A DNA stretch of 60,592 nucleotides from Acidilobaceae archaeon (GTDB lineage: Archaea; Thermoproteota; Thermoprotei_A; Sulfolobales; Acidilobaceae). The DNA is taken from assembly GCA_026985435.1 (NCBI GenBank), contig JALSQL010000012.1:1-60592 (forward strand). The letters are read 5' to 3'. Each line of letters begins with the position of its first letter. The stretch's first letter is position 1. The notes below the pieces were generated by a model, which did not search any database, was not told the origin of the DNA, and saw only the letters and a program-made list of their open reading frames with translations. The position numbers and the translations under genes were made by a program. Below, piece after piece: positions 8,928 through 17,638 of the stretch.

Positions 8928-9656
8928 CTACACCTCCACCCGGGCTAGGGCCTCTAGCACCGCCTCCGCCGCCCTCCTCACGTGGGGCTCCAGCTCCTCG
9001 TGGGGCACCAGCCTCTCCTTCCCCGGGACGACCAGGTTGTCGGAGACCACCAGGAGCGAGGCGGCCCGGAACCCCCTGAGGGCCGCTAGGGTGTAGAGCA
9101 TCGCCACCTCCATCTCCACACACCTAAACCCTAGGCCGGCCAGCCTCCTAGCCATGCCCGGGTCCTCGGCGTAGAAGGCGTCGCTACTATACACCAGGCC
9201 AGCCGAGGCCCTGCCGCGCCTGGATGCCTCCCCGAGAACCGCCAGGGCCAGCTCGGGGTCCGCAGCGGCCGGGGGGCATATGCCCCCGAAGTACTGGCCT
9301 ATCGCGCCGCCCGGGTTGTAGCCGGCCCCCGTGGCGGCTACCATGTCGCCTATATCGAGGCCCTCCACGAGCGCCCCGCACGTGCCGAGCCTCACTATGG
9401 CCCTGGCGCCCAGGGCTGAGAGCTCCTCGAAGACGATGGCGGCGCTGGGGGCCCCAACTCCGTGGACCGCCACGGTGACGGGCACCCCCCGGTAGGTCCC
9501 CGTGTAGACTAGGAACCCCCTCCTCTCGTTGACAAGCCTGGCCCCCTCGAGCATGGAGGCCATCATCCTAGCCCTAGCCGGGTCCCCGACAGCCACAACC
9601 CTCTCGGCAACCTCCCCCGGCCTCGCCACTATATGCTGCGGCTCCCTAGCGCCCAC
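8928..9656 (-). CDS. Nucleoside phosphorylase (PNP/UDP family 1)
   Basis: VHGVGAPSAAIVFEELSALGARAIVRLGTCGAL and the CVEMEVAMLYTLA motif are typical of DeoD/Udp-type phosphorylases. Confidence 0.8.
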   Translation of the reverse strand: MGAREPQHIVARPGEVAERVVAVGDPARARMMASMLEGARLVNERRGFLVYTGTYRGVPVTVAVHGVGAPSAAIVFEELSALGARAIVRLGTCGALVEGLDIGDMVAATGAGYNPGGAIGQYFGGICPPAAADPELALAVLGEASRRGRASAGLVYSSDAFYAEDPGMARRLAGLGFRCVEMEVAMLYTLAALRGFRAASLLVVSDNLVVPGKERLVPHEELEPHVRRAAEAVLEALARVEV

Positions 9657-9701
9657 CAGCCAGCACCCGCCAACCCCGGGTGGCGCCTGGAATATAGGCG
9701 C

Positions 9702-11006
9702 CTAGACCCGCCCACCGCTACCCCGCCTCCGGCGCCCCCGCCCCCGGGCTAGGAGCCTCGAGAGGGGCAGGCCGACTATCAGCCTCTCTGGGGAGAGCAG
9801 CCTGCTGGCGGCCAGGGTCCAGAGGGCGGCGTGGCCCGCCTGGGCTGCGAGGGCCGCGGCCGCCAGGCCCGGCCTGCCGAACTCGGCGGCGGCCACCGCG
9901 GTGAGGGGCGGGTAGAGCGGGTCTGCGAGCAGCGCGAGGCCCCTCGCGCCTAGGGGTATGATACCCACGAAGACCGCGAAGTAGGGTATGAGTAGGAGGA
10001 ACGCGAAGTAGTTCGCGACCAGCTGGGCGCCCCTCACGTCCTGCGCGCCGAGCCCGAGTATCAGGCCGAGCACCGCCGCCGTGTAGAGGGCCAGGGCCAG
10101 GGCGGCCACTGTGACGGCGCCCGTCTGAGGCGTTAGCCTCAGTGCGGCCTGAACCGCCTCTCCGGGGGCGCCGGCGGCCCTCAGGGTCGAGGTTACCGCG
10201 TGGTAGTAGAAGGCGAAGCCCGCGGTGAAGCTGGCCAGGCCCGCGAGGGCCACCACGAGCACCCCCAGCATCTTAGAAACGACCACGTCGCCCGGGGTGA
10301 CCGGGGACGCTAGGAGCATCTCGAGAGTCTTAGCCTCCCTCTCCATGCCTATGCTTATCGCCCCAACCTGCACCGCCGAGGTGAGCAGGACCAGCACCAC
10401 GACGGGCAGCGTGTACATCGAGAGGAGGTAGGAGCCATACCTCTCAGCGGGTATAGTCTTACCCCACACGCTCAGGTAGCCCTCCACCCTGGCGGGGCTG
10501 GCGAGCAGCTCGGCCGAGACTCCGGGGATGGCCTGCCTGCACCTCTCGGCTATGAACGCCCTCACCACGCCCCTCACAACGCTCGACACCCGGGAGAGGG
10601 CTCCCTGGCCGGCCGGGCTGGGCCCGGGGAGGCTGTAGTAGGCGACCACGCCCACCGGCCTCCCCTGGGTGAGGTTCTCAGCGGCACCAGCCTCAACCAC
10701 CAGGGCCAGCCTATACCCCCCGGCGACCGCCCTCGCCGCGTCCTCCCGGCTGCCCCGCTCTAGGCTCGCGTTCAGGGCGGCCGCCAGGGCCGCTGCTATC
10801 GGCCTATCCTCGGGGGACTCGTAGTACACCACCGCGGGCTGGACCGTCGAGGCCTCCTCGACGGTCTTCTTCACTGCCGCTGCCTGGATGGAGCCCATGA
10901 TGGCCATTATCAGGGCTGGCATGACTATGAGGCCCATCACCACCAGCCTCTCCCTCAGGAGCCCCCGGACCTCCTTCGCCACCAGGGCCCTCCTCGTGCC
11001 CGGCAC
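9702..11006 (-). CDS. ABC-2 type exporter permease (NatB-like)
   Basis: 434 aa. N-terminal TM, a ~170-aa extracytoplasmic loop, then five to six C-terminal TMs. Starts 7 bp after the ATPase gene. Confidence 0.75.
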   Translation of the reverse strand: MPGTRRALVAKEVRGLLRERLVVMGLIVMPALIMAIMGSIQAAAVKKTVEEASTVQPAVVYYESPEDRPIAAALAAALNASLERGSREDAARAVAGGYRLALVVEAGAAENLTQGRPVGVVAYYSLPGPSPAGQGALSRVSSVVRGVVRAFIAERCRQAIPGVSAELLASPARVEGYLSVWGKTIPAERYGSYLLSMYTLPVVVLVLLTSAVQVGAISIGMEREAKTLEMLLASPVTPGDVVVSKMLGVLVVALAGLASFTAGFAFYYHAVTSTLRAAGAPGEAVQAALRLTPQTGAVTVAALALALYTAAVLGLILGLGAQDVRGAQLVANYFAFLLLIPYFAVFVGIIPLGARGLALLADPLYPPLTAVAAAEFGRPGLAAAALAAQAGHAALWTLAASRLLSPERLIVGLPLSRLLARGRGRRRRGSGGRV

Positions 11007-11012
11007 GGCAGC

Positions 11013-11777
11013 CTACACCCCCACGGCCTTCAGGTAGACCTCCTCGAGCGTCTCCGCCCCGTACCTCTCCATGAGCTCCCCCGGCCTGCCCTCGGCAACG
11101 ACCCTGCCCCCGCTTATGATGTACACCCTGTCGGCGAGCACCTCCATCTCCATAAGGTTGTGGCTAGACACTAGCACAGCCGCCCCCCGCCGGGCCTCCT
11201 CCCTCACTAGCCTCCTGATGGCAACGGCGTGCTCAACGTCTATACCGCTCGTGGGCTCGTCGAGCACCACTATCCTGGGCCTAGTCATCAGGGCGCGGGC
11301 CAGGAGGATCCTCCTCCTCATACCCTTGCTGTACTCGCCCATCGGCCTCTCCAGGTCCTCCAGCGGGAGGCCCGAGATCTCGGCCCCCCTCCTAACCATC
11401 TCCTCGGCCTCCCCGGGGTCCTCAGCGTAGAGGCTGGCGGAGAACCTCAGGAACTCCATGCCGGTCATGTGCTTGTAAACCCCGGCCTCCTCGGGGAGGT
11501 AGCCCAGGAGCCTCCTTAGGCGGGGGCCGCCCCTCCACGGCTCCGAGCCCGCCACCACCACGCGGCCCCTATCCGGCCTCACAAGCCCCACTATGATGCG
11601 CATCGTAGTAGTCTTCCCGGCCCCGTTGGGGCCGGCCAGGCCGACAACCTCCCCCGCGTCGACGTGGAGGCTCACACCCCGGAGGGCGACCACGCCACCG
11701 TAATACCTCTTCCACACGTCATCGAGGACCACGAGACGCTCCAAGAGGGCGCCCCTGGATGTCGAGGCCAGAGGCAT
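11013..11777 (-). CDS. ABC transporter ATP-binding protein (NatA/ABC-2 type)
   Basis: Walker A GPNGAGKTTT, signature-like YSKGMRRR, Walker B VVLDEPTSGID, H-loop SSHN. Confidence 0.9.
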   Translation of the reverse strand: MPLASTSRGALLERLVVLDDVWKRYYGGVVALRGVSLHVDAGEVVGLAGPNGAGKTTTMRIIVGLVRPDRGRVVVAGSEPWRGGPRLRRLLGYLPEEAGVYKHMTGMEFLRFSASLYAEDPGEAEEMVRRGAEISGLPLEDLERPMGEYSKGMRRRILLARALMTRPRIVVLDEPTSGIDVEHAVAIRRLVREEARRGAAVLVSSHNLMEMEVLADRVYIISGGRVVAEGRPGELMERYGAETLEEVYLKAVGV

Positions 11778-11854
11778 CTCTAATAACCGTTAACAGACTA
11801 GGATAGCCACGCGTGAACCGCCCAGAAACCCGCGGAGGCGCAGAGTGTAGCGTC

Positions 11855-12808
11855 TTACCTGACCCTATACCTCCTGGGGCCACCGGGCTCGTCTATGTGC
11901 TCCACTAGCCCCATCTCCTCCAGCTTCCTCAGCCTCCTGTAGAGTGGGGTCCTGGGTATACGGGTCGCCTCCATTATCTCCTGGGCTGTGGCGGGCCCGT
12001 GGTCCCGGAGGAAGGCTAGGATCGCCTCGTCCCTCTCGTCAAGCCTCGACGCCACGGCCTCAACCGCCGCCCCTCCGCCCCCTCCGCGGCCGCGGTGTGC
12101 AGCCAGGTACCAGGCTGCCCCCGCGGCGGCCGCCGCGGCTAGGGTGAGGGGTGCCAGCCAGGCCGTCGTGCCTCCGCCTCCCTGGGTGGTCTGCCCCTGG
12201 GTTTCGGCCCCGCCGCCTCCGGGGGCGCTGCCGGGGGGTGTGGCCCCTTGGGGTGGGGTTTGGGGCACTATCACGTATTCCACACTGACGTGGCCTGGCG
12301 GTAGGAGTAGCGCTGGGCTGCCGTTGTACAGCGTGGGGGTTACCGTGGTGGGCTCGACGCTTATGGGCACGGCGCCCTCGGGTAGGACTACCAGCGTCTG
12401 GGTGGGGCTCGTGTATTCTAGCCTCCAGTACTGGCCGCTCTTCACCGTCAGGTTGGCGGTTAGGTAGTACACGTGGACGTCGTCCTGGGTGTAGTACGTC
12501 ACGTTAAGCGCCCCGCCAGCCTCCTCCACCGGCAGCACCAGCCCCGACTGCTCGGCCCCATAGTAGATCGGGGCCCCGAGCAGGGGCACCTCGAGGCTCC
12601 CGGGGGCCTCCTGGGGGGTGTAGTAGGTCTCCACGTAGACGTAGCCGTCGGGGTACACCACCAGCGCCAGCCACGGGGCCTCCCGGCCAGCGGCGAGGGC
12701 CGCTGGCGCCTGCAGGGCTGCCGCGGCGAGGGCTAGCAGCAGCGCCGCCCATAGCAGCCGTGGCCGGGGCCCGGTGTTGCCGCTTCTCACCAGGCTCTCA
12801 CCCTGCAA
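11855..12808 (-). CDS. Membrane-tethered winged-helix transcription regulator with extracellular domain
   Basis: 317 aa. Signal/anchor aa 15-40, Tyr/Val/Thr-rich beta-type ectodomain aa 41-185, Pro/Gly/Thr linker, TM WLAPLTLAAAAAAGAAWYLAA (aa 217-237). Cytoplasmic wHTH is DEAILAFLRDHGPATAQEIMEATRIPRTPLYRRLRKLEEMGLV. Confidence 0.6.
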   Translation of the reverse strand: MQGESLVRSGNTGPRPRLLWAALLLALAAAALQAPAALAAGREAPWLALVVYPDGYVYVETYYTPQEAPGSLEVPLLGAPIYYGAEQSGLVLPVEEAGGALNVTYYTQDDVHVYYLTANLTVKSGQYWRLEYTSPTQTLVVLPEGAVPISVEPTTVTPTLYNGSPALLLPPGHVSVEYVIVPQTPPQGATPPGSAPGGGGAETQGQTTQGGGGTTAWLAPLTLAAAAAAGAAWYLAAHRGRGGGGGAAVEAVASRLDERDEAILAFLRDHGPATAQEIMEATRIPRTPLYRRLRKLEEMGLVEHIDEPGGPRRYRVR

Positions 12809-12824
12809 CCCCCCCGGGGCGCCG

Positions 12825-14003
12825 CTACCTGTCGCCCCCTCCCTTATGCCCGCCGCCCCTGCCGGGGCCGTGCCAGCCCATGCCGCCGCCCCAGCCCGGG
12901 CAGGGGCACCAGCCGCCGGGGCCGCGGTTGCCGTGCTCGTGGCCTCCGTGGAGGCCCGCTGCCACGCTGGCCATGAGCTGGGGCCAGTAGCCAGCCATGC
13001 CCCTGACCTGGTCGAGGGCCGAGGCCAGCGTGTCTCTAGCCTGGCCGACCAGCTCCAGGGCTAGGGTGTCGTTGCCGGCCTCCAGCGCGTCCCTGGCCTG
13101 CTGTAGTAGCTGGCCAGCCGCCTGGAGTGCCGTGGCTAGCGTGTTGAGCGGCTCCGTGTACCATGTAACCATCACGTGGGGCCTCGCCTGCAGCCTAACC
13201 GCCAGCCGGAGCGCCGCGTCGACCCTGGCTATCGCCTCGTCGAGGGCCTGGCTGGCGTTCGGCGACCCGGAGGCTATAGCGTCGTACGACTCGTTAACCG
13301 CCTCCAGGGCGTTGTAGGCCGCCCTAACAAGGCCCGCGAGGCCGCCCTGCATGTGCACCGCGGGCCTGGCGGTCCTGTAGAACTCGCTAGTGGCGGCCCC
13401 GATGAGCCGCACCGCCTCGTGGAGCAGGCGCGCCGCGCCGGTGACGTTGCCCTCCTCTAGAGCGGCCCTAGCCTGTGCGAGTAGCTCCTGGGACTGGTTC
13501 AGCTTCTCTATGACGCCGCCCAGGTTGTACTCGCCAGCCAGAGCCATGGCCTCCTCGAGGAGGAGCTCCACGTGCCTCTCGTGGACCTCAATGGCGGCCT
13601 CGAGGGCTGCCCCCGACCCGTTCGCCGCCCCGGGGCCGGCCTGGCCGCCCAGCATGCCAGCCTGCTGGAGGGCAGCCACCGCCTGGCGAGCGGCGCCTAG
13701 GAGCAGCTGGAAGGCGCCGGTCTCGTTGCCCTCGCTGGCCAGCGCCTCGGCCCTGGCTAGCGTCTGGTTCAGCTGGGCCGCCAGGCTCACATTAACACTA
13801 TTTAACATGTATACCAGTATCTCAACCCTACCCTCCAGGGCCTCCAGGGCCCTGGCGCCTGCCTCGACCCGGGCCCCGCCCCCGGTGCTGCCGGGCCCCG
13901 CCGCGCCCGCTAGGGGCGCGAGGGCCGCGAGGGCTACCAGGGCCAGCATCGCGGGGGCCCAGATGCGTGGCCTAACCAGCCGCACGCCCTGCCACACCTC
14001 CAC
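12825..14003 (-). CDS. Secreted Ala-rich helical-repeat protein with Gly/His/Cys/Trp/Met-rich C-terminal tail
   Basis: 392 aa. Signal peptide (AMLALVALAALAPLAGAAG). Three copies of a helix-EGN(E/V/D)T-helix unit at aa 78-105, 168-199 and 287-324. Tail is HGGHEHGNRGPGGWCPCPGWGGGMGWHGPGRGGGHKGGGDR. Confidence 0.5.
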   Translation of the reverse strand: MEVWQGVRLVRPRIWAPAMLALVALAALAPLAGAAGPGSTGGGARVEAGARALEALEGRVEILVYMLNSVNVSLAAQLNQTLARAEALASEGNETGAFQLLLGAARQAVAALQQAGMLGGQAGPGAANGSGAALEAAIEVHERHVELLLEEAMALAGEYNLGGVIEKLNQSQELLAQARAALEEGNVTGAARLLHEAVRLIGAATSEFYRTARPAVHMQGGLAGLVRAAYNALEAVNESYDAIASGSPNASQALDEAIARVDAALRLAVRLQARPHVMVTWYTEPLNTLATALQAAGQLLQQARDALEAGNDTLALELVGQARDTLASALDQVRGMAGYWPQLMASVAAGLHGGHEHGNRGPGGWCPCPGWGGGMGWHGPGRGGGHKGGGDR

Positions 14004-14125
14004 CCCTCCAGGGGGCCCTCATACCTCTTGAGGCACGCTCCCGGGACCGGGGCGGCACGGGCCCCGGGACTGGCTAGGGGATATAGGGGCCAGCAGCCCT
14101 GGCCGGGCTTGTGGGGCTGGGCGCC

Positions 14126-14662
14126 ATGCCGAGGGCCCTGATAATAACTGGGGAGGGCTTCGAGGACATCGAGCTGCTCTACCCCTACTACAGGCTTCTC
14201 GAGGCGGGGTTCGAGGTTGTCATAGCCGCCCCGTCGAGGGGTAGGGTTAGGGGCAAGCACGGCTACGAGGTCGAAGCCGACCAGGCCCTCGACGAGGTCG
14301 ACCCTGCATCCTTCGACGTGCTAGTCCTGCCGGGCGGGAGGGGCCCCGAGCGGGCCCGCGTGCACCCCAGGGCGGGGGAGGTTGTGGCCCATTTCATCGA
14401 CTCAGAGAAGCCCGTGGCGGCGATCTGCCACGGGCCCCAGCTCCTGATAACCGCTAGGAGGGTGAGTGGTAGGAGGCTGACCAGCTACTGGGGTATAAGG
14501 GACGACCTCGTGGTGGCGGGCGCTGAGTGGGTTGACGAGCCGGTCGTGGTCGATGGGAACCTGGTTACTGCCAGGTACCCGCCCGACATACCCTTCTGGA
14601 TGAGGGAGTTCTTCCGCCTCCTCGAGAGGAGGGGCCTCCTGAAGCCCTACCCCGAGGGCTGA
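14126..14662 (+). CDS. pfpI: PfpI/DJ-1 family intracellular protease
   Basis: Colinear with remembered Pyrococcus PfpI: FEDIELLYPYYRL, VLPGGRGPE, nucleophile elbow AICHGPQLL, and WMREFFRLL at the C-terminus. ATG at 14126 fits homologues better than GTG at 14111. Confidence 0.9.
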   Translation: MPRALIITGEGFEDIELLYPYYRLLEAGFEVVIAAPSRGRVRGKHGYEVEADQALDEVDPASFDVLVLPGGRGPERARVHPRAGEVVAHFIDSEKPVAAICHGPQLLITARRVSGRRLTSYWGIRDDLVVAGAEWVDEPVVVDGNLVTARYPPDIPFWMREFFRLLERRGLLKPYPEG

Positions 14663-14665
14663 GGG

Positions 14666-15262
14666 CTAGTAGGGGGGCTCGCCTAGCCCCCACATCCTGA
14701 GGCTCTCCCTCCTCTTTATCTCCCTCATGAGCCTCTCGATGTGCCTGTAGACTGTGCTGTGCATCCTACCCTCCACCAGCATCTCGACGGCCTCCTTGGC
14801 GGCCATCGCCCGCTCGTACTCCCCTATTATTGCCACGTGGTAGTCCCCAACAACCATGTCGACGCCTGTCATCTGCTCTATCGTCTTCCTAGCCCTCCCG
14901 CCCTCCCCTATTATCCTCGCCTTCACCCTCCTCAGGTGGTTGGGCGCGTCGCCCACCCTCTGCTTTAGGTCTACCACGACTAGAACTTGGTCCTCGTCGA
15001 GGAGGCGGAGCGCCTTCTCGAGGGGGAACCCCAGGGCTATCGCCTTCACGACCTCCGCCGCCTTCATAACGTTTATCGGCGGCGTCGCGGGGGACTCGGG
15101 CTCGACTATGACGAGCGAGTTCTCCGAGTCCACGGTTAGCACCGTCCCGGTGCGCCTCATTATCTCGAGCTTGTTCCTGCCACCCTCGCCTATGACGGCC
15201 CCCAGCCTCTCGGGGGGCACCCTCACGTACATCCTAGGCCTCACCGGCTGCCCTTCAGGCAT
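14666..15262 (-). CDS. KH-domain RNA-binding protein (Dim2/Pno1-like)
   Basis: Two KH GxxG motifs (VIGEGGRNK and IIGEGGRARK). Overlaps the rio1 3' end by 22 nt. Confidence 0.8.
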   Translation of the reverse strand: MPEGQPVRPRMYVRVPPERLGAVIGEGGRNKLEIMRRTGTVLTVDSENSLVIVEPESPATPPINVMKAAEVVKAIALGFPLEKALRLLDEDQVLVVVDLKQRVGDAPNHLRRVKARIIGEGGRARKTIEQMTGVDMVVGDYHVAIIGEYERAMAAKEAVEMLVEGRMHSTVYRHIERLMREIKRRESLRMWGLGEPPY

Positions 15263-16038
15263 TCCAGCAGCTCACCCCGCAGCTCACCCAGGCCCGGGGG
15301 CTCGGCCCCCAGTAGGCCCCTGTAGAAGGAGGCGATATTACGGATGTCCCTCTCCAGGAACTCGGCCGCGTGTGGGTGGCCGTGGCTAACGGCCTGGGCG
15401 ACGTCTATGACCCACACGCCCCCCCTCCAGACTATGAGGTTGTACTCGCTCAGGTCAGCGTGGACCAGCCTGGCCCTGCACACGATCCCGCGTAGCTGCT
15501 CCACAGTGTCGCGCCACAGCTCCAGGATCTCCCCCCCAGCGGCCTCGCGGGCCGCCTCCACCAGGAGGGGGGCCCGGTAGCCCTCCTCCCCCAGGAACTC
15601 CATCACGAGTACGTTACCCTGGAAGGCGAGGGGCTCGGGGACCCTCACCCCGGCCTCCCGTAGCCTCCTCAGGTTCCTGAACTCCTTCCTAGTCCACTCG
15701 TAGATCAGCCTCCTGAAGTTCCCCGAGGGTATGCGCTCGAACCGCGGGTCCCCCAGGATGTACTTGCGTATGCTCTTCCGGAACTCCGCCGTGAAGGACA
15801 GGTATATCTTGACAGCTAGCTCGCGGCCCCCGCGGCCCCGGGCCCAGTAGACCCTCGCCTCCTTCCCGGCGCTCACCACGCCCCGGAGCTCCCTTATCAC
15901 GCCCTTGGCTATGAGCCTCTCAACGTGCCCCATTGTTATGGGGTCGAATACCTCCTCGACAGTCTTGAGTAGGTCCCTATCCTTGACCCTCTCATCCTCC
16001 TCGCGGGCCCTCCTGAGCCAGCGGGCCCTCCTCCTCAT
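15241..16038 (-). CDS. rio1: RIO-type serine/threonine kinase Rio1
   Basis: ISAGKEARVY nucleotide loop, catalytic VHADLSEYNLIV, metal-binding IDVAQAV. Confidence 0.9.
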   Translation of the reverse strand: MRRRARWLRRAREEDERVKDRDLLKTVEEVFDPITMGHVERLIAKGVIRELRGVVSAGKEARVYWARGRGGRELAVKIYLSFTAEFRKSIRKYILGDPRFERIPSGNFRRLIYEWTRKEFRNLRRLREAGVRVPEPLAFQGNVLVMEFLGEEGYRAPLLVEAAREAAGGEILELWRDTVEQLRGIVCRARLVHADLSEYNLIVWRGGVWVIDVAQAVSHGHPHAAEFLERDIRNIASFYRGLLGAEPPGLGELRGELLECLKGSR

Positions 16039-16406
16039 AGCTCCTCTCCAACCTCCTCGAGGAACTCCTCCGGCAGCACCCCCGTCTCTATCAGCTTCCT
16101 CACCTCATCCCTAGCATACCTGTAGACGACCTCGCCCTTCTCCACGTCTGCGTCCTTGCGGTCCCTGACCCCCCAGGGTAGGAGTAGTATAACGTCGCCC
16201 TCGTGCATCCAGACCCGGCGTCTCATCTTGCCCGGTATCCACGCCTTGTACACCTTGCCGTCGGTGCACATCGCCTCCACCCAGCCAGCGCCTAGGACCC
16301 TCTGGATAACGCAGAGTATCGTGCCCTCCTCCTCGCTGGGTAGGGGGACCTCCTTCTTCCCGCCCTCGCCCTCTCTCCTTCTACCGCCCCTCCTTCGGGC
16401 CATCAC
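16035..16406 (-). CDS. eif1a: Translation initiation factor aIF1A
   Basis: S1/OB core GKVYKAWIPGKMRRRVWMHEGDVILLLPW with a basic N-terminal tail. 4-nt overlap with the rio1 start. Confidence 0.9.
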   Translation of the reverse strand: MMARRRGGRRREGEGGKKEVPLPSEEEGTILCVIQRVLGAGWVEAMCTDGKVYKAWIPGKMRRRVWMHEGDVILLLPWGVRDRKDADVEKGEVVYRYARDEVRKLIETGVLPEEFLEEVGEEL

Positions 16407-16437
16407 ACGCCACCGGGGGGCTGGGGGGCTGCGGCAG

Positions 16438-17544
16438 TTAATAGCCGGTCTCCTCCACAGTCCCGATTATGTAGAGCCTGCGGCCGGCGAGGAATGCCCT
16501 GTACAGGCCCCCCTCAACCAGCCTTCCCGTGTAGACGTGCACGTACTCGCCGGGGTACTCTAGGACCCTCTGGTACCCGGTGTCGGCGTCTAGGAACACG
16601 TAGGTGCCGCCGCTCCTGCTGAGGAGCATAACCCTCCTCTCGGGGGCCCCGCCGGGGTGCGGCCTGAAGCCCCTCTCCCAGAGGGTCTCGGCGTCTAGCT
16701 CGAAGTGGGTCCCGCTCCTCATGTCGACGAATAGGCCGCCCCTCCTGCTCCTGCCGAGGTAGAGTGCCTCCCTGCCGCCTACCAGCAGGACCTGCCCGGG
16801 CTCTATGTCGGGTATCCTAACGGATATCGTCAGCCTCCCCCTCCTCTTCCCGTCGGGCCTCCTGCCGACTAGCTTGTAGGTGTCTATGGTTCTCCCCATG
16901 AAGGCTGCCCTCAGCTTCCCCGCTATCATCCTGGCCGAGGTGTGGTCTAGGACGTAGAGGTCGACCCCCTCCCTTACCTCGTCAATCTTGATTATGGCCT
17001 CGCGGAGCCTCCCGTCCAGGCCCCCTATGAAGTCTAGAACCTCGCCCCTAAGCCTGTCGCTGAGCCTCCCACCCGAGCCCCTCACCTGAACTATGGCCTC
17101 GTAGCCCCTCTCGGTTATGCGGGCCGTGCAGGCCGGGCAGACCGCGGCGTCGACCTTGGCCTCGACTACTAGCTCCTGCGTGAGGCCGACGCCCTCCCTG
17201 CTCCTGCCTGCCACCGTGACGAGCAGCCTGTAGATGCCCGGGCCGTGGAAGGGCCTCTCCAGCCTAACGTCCTCAACCCACGCCTCCTCCACGTCCCTCG
17301 TCGGCCTGAGCCTCCTACTCAGCACCATATGGGCGTACTCCACCAGCGTGTCCTCGACCGTGTCTAGCCCCCTGTTCCAGCCGCCCTGGTAGCGGTAGGC
17401 CCCGCAGTACTGGCAGTAGACGAAGTGTATCCTCCCGGGCAGCCTGGCCACGCCGACCTCCCTGATGTAGCAGTCCCTGCAGAGGCCGCCGACGAAGGGC
17501 ACCTCGCTGCTGCTCCTCCCGCACACGGGGCAAACCCTAGCCAT
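16438..17544 (-). CDS. nmd3: NMD3-family ribosome biogenesis protein
   Basis: N-terminal Cys pairs CPVCGR...CRDCY...CQYCG typical of NMD3. 368 aa. Confidence 0.75.
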   Translation of the reverse strand: MARVCPVCGRSSSEVPFVGGLCRDCYIREVGVARLPGRIHFVYCQYCGAYRYQGGWNRGLDTVEDTLVEYAHMVLSRRLRPTRDVEEAWVEDVRLERPFHGPGIYRLLVTVAGRSREGVGLTQELVVEAKVDAAVCPACTARITERGYEAIVQVRGSGGRLSDRLRGEVLDFIGGLDGRLREAIIKIDEVREGVDLYVLDHTSARMIAGKLRAAFMGRTIDTYKLVGRRPDGKRRGRLTISVRIPDIEPGQVLLVGGREALYLGRSRRGGLFVDMRSGTHFELDAETLWERGFRPHPGGAPERRVMLLSRSGGTYVFLDADTGYQRVLEYPGEYVHVYTGRLVEGGLYRAFLAGRRLYIIGTVEETGY

Positions 17545-17638
17545 GACTCTCAGGCACCCGCGCCAGCCGCCGGGAGACCGGGGTGCCGAGGCCTATAACG
17601 CTCGCCGCCCGCCGGGGCGCTCGGGGTGCTGTCGGGGC

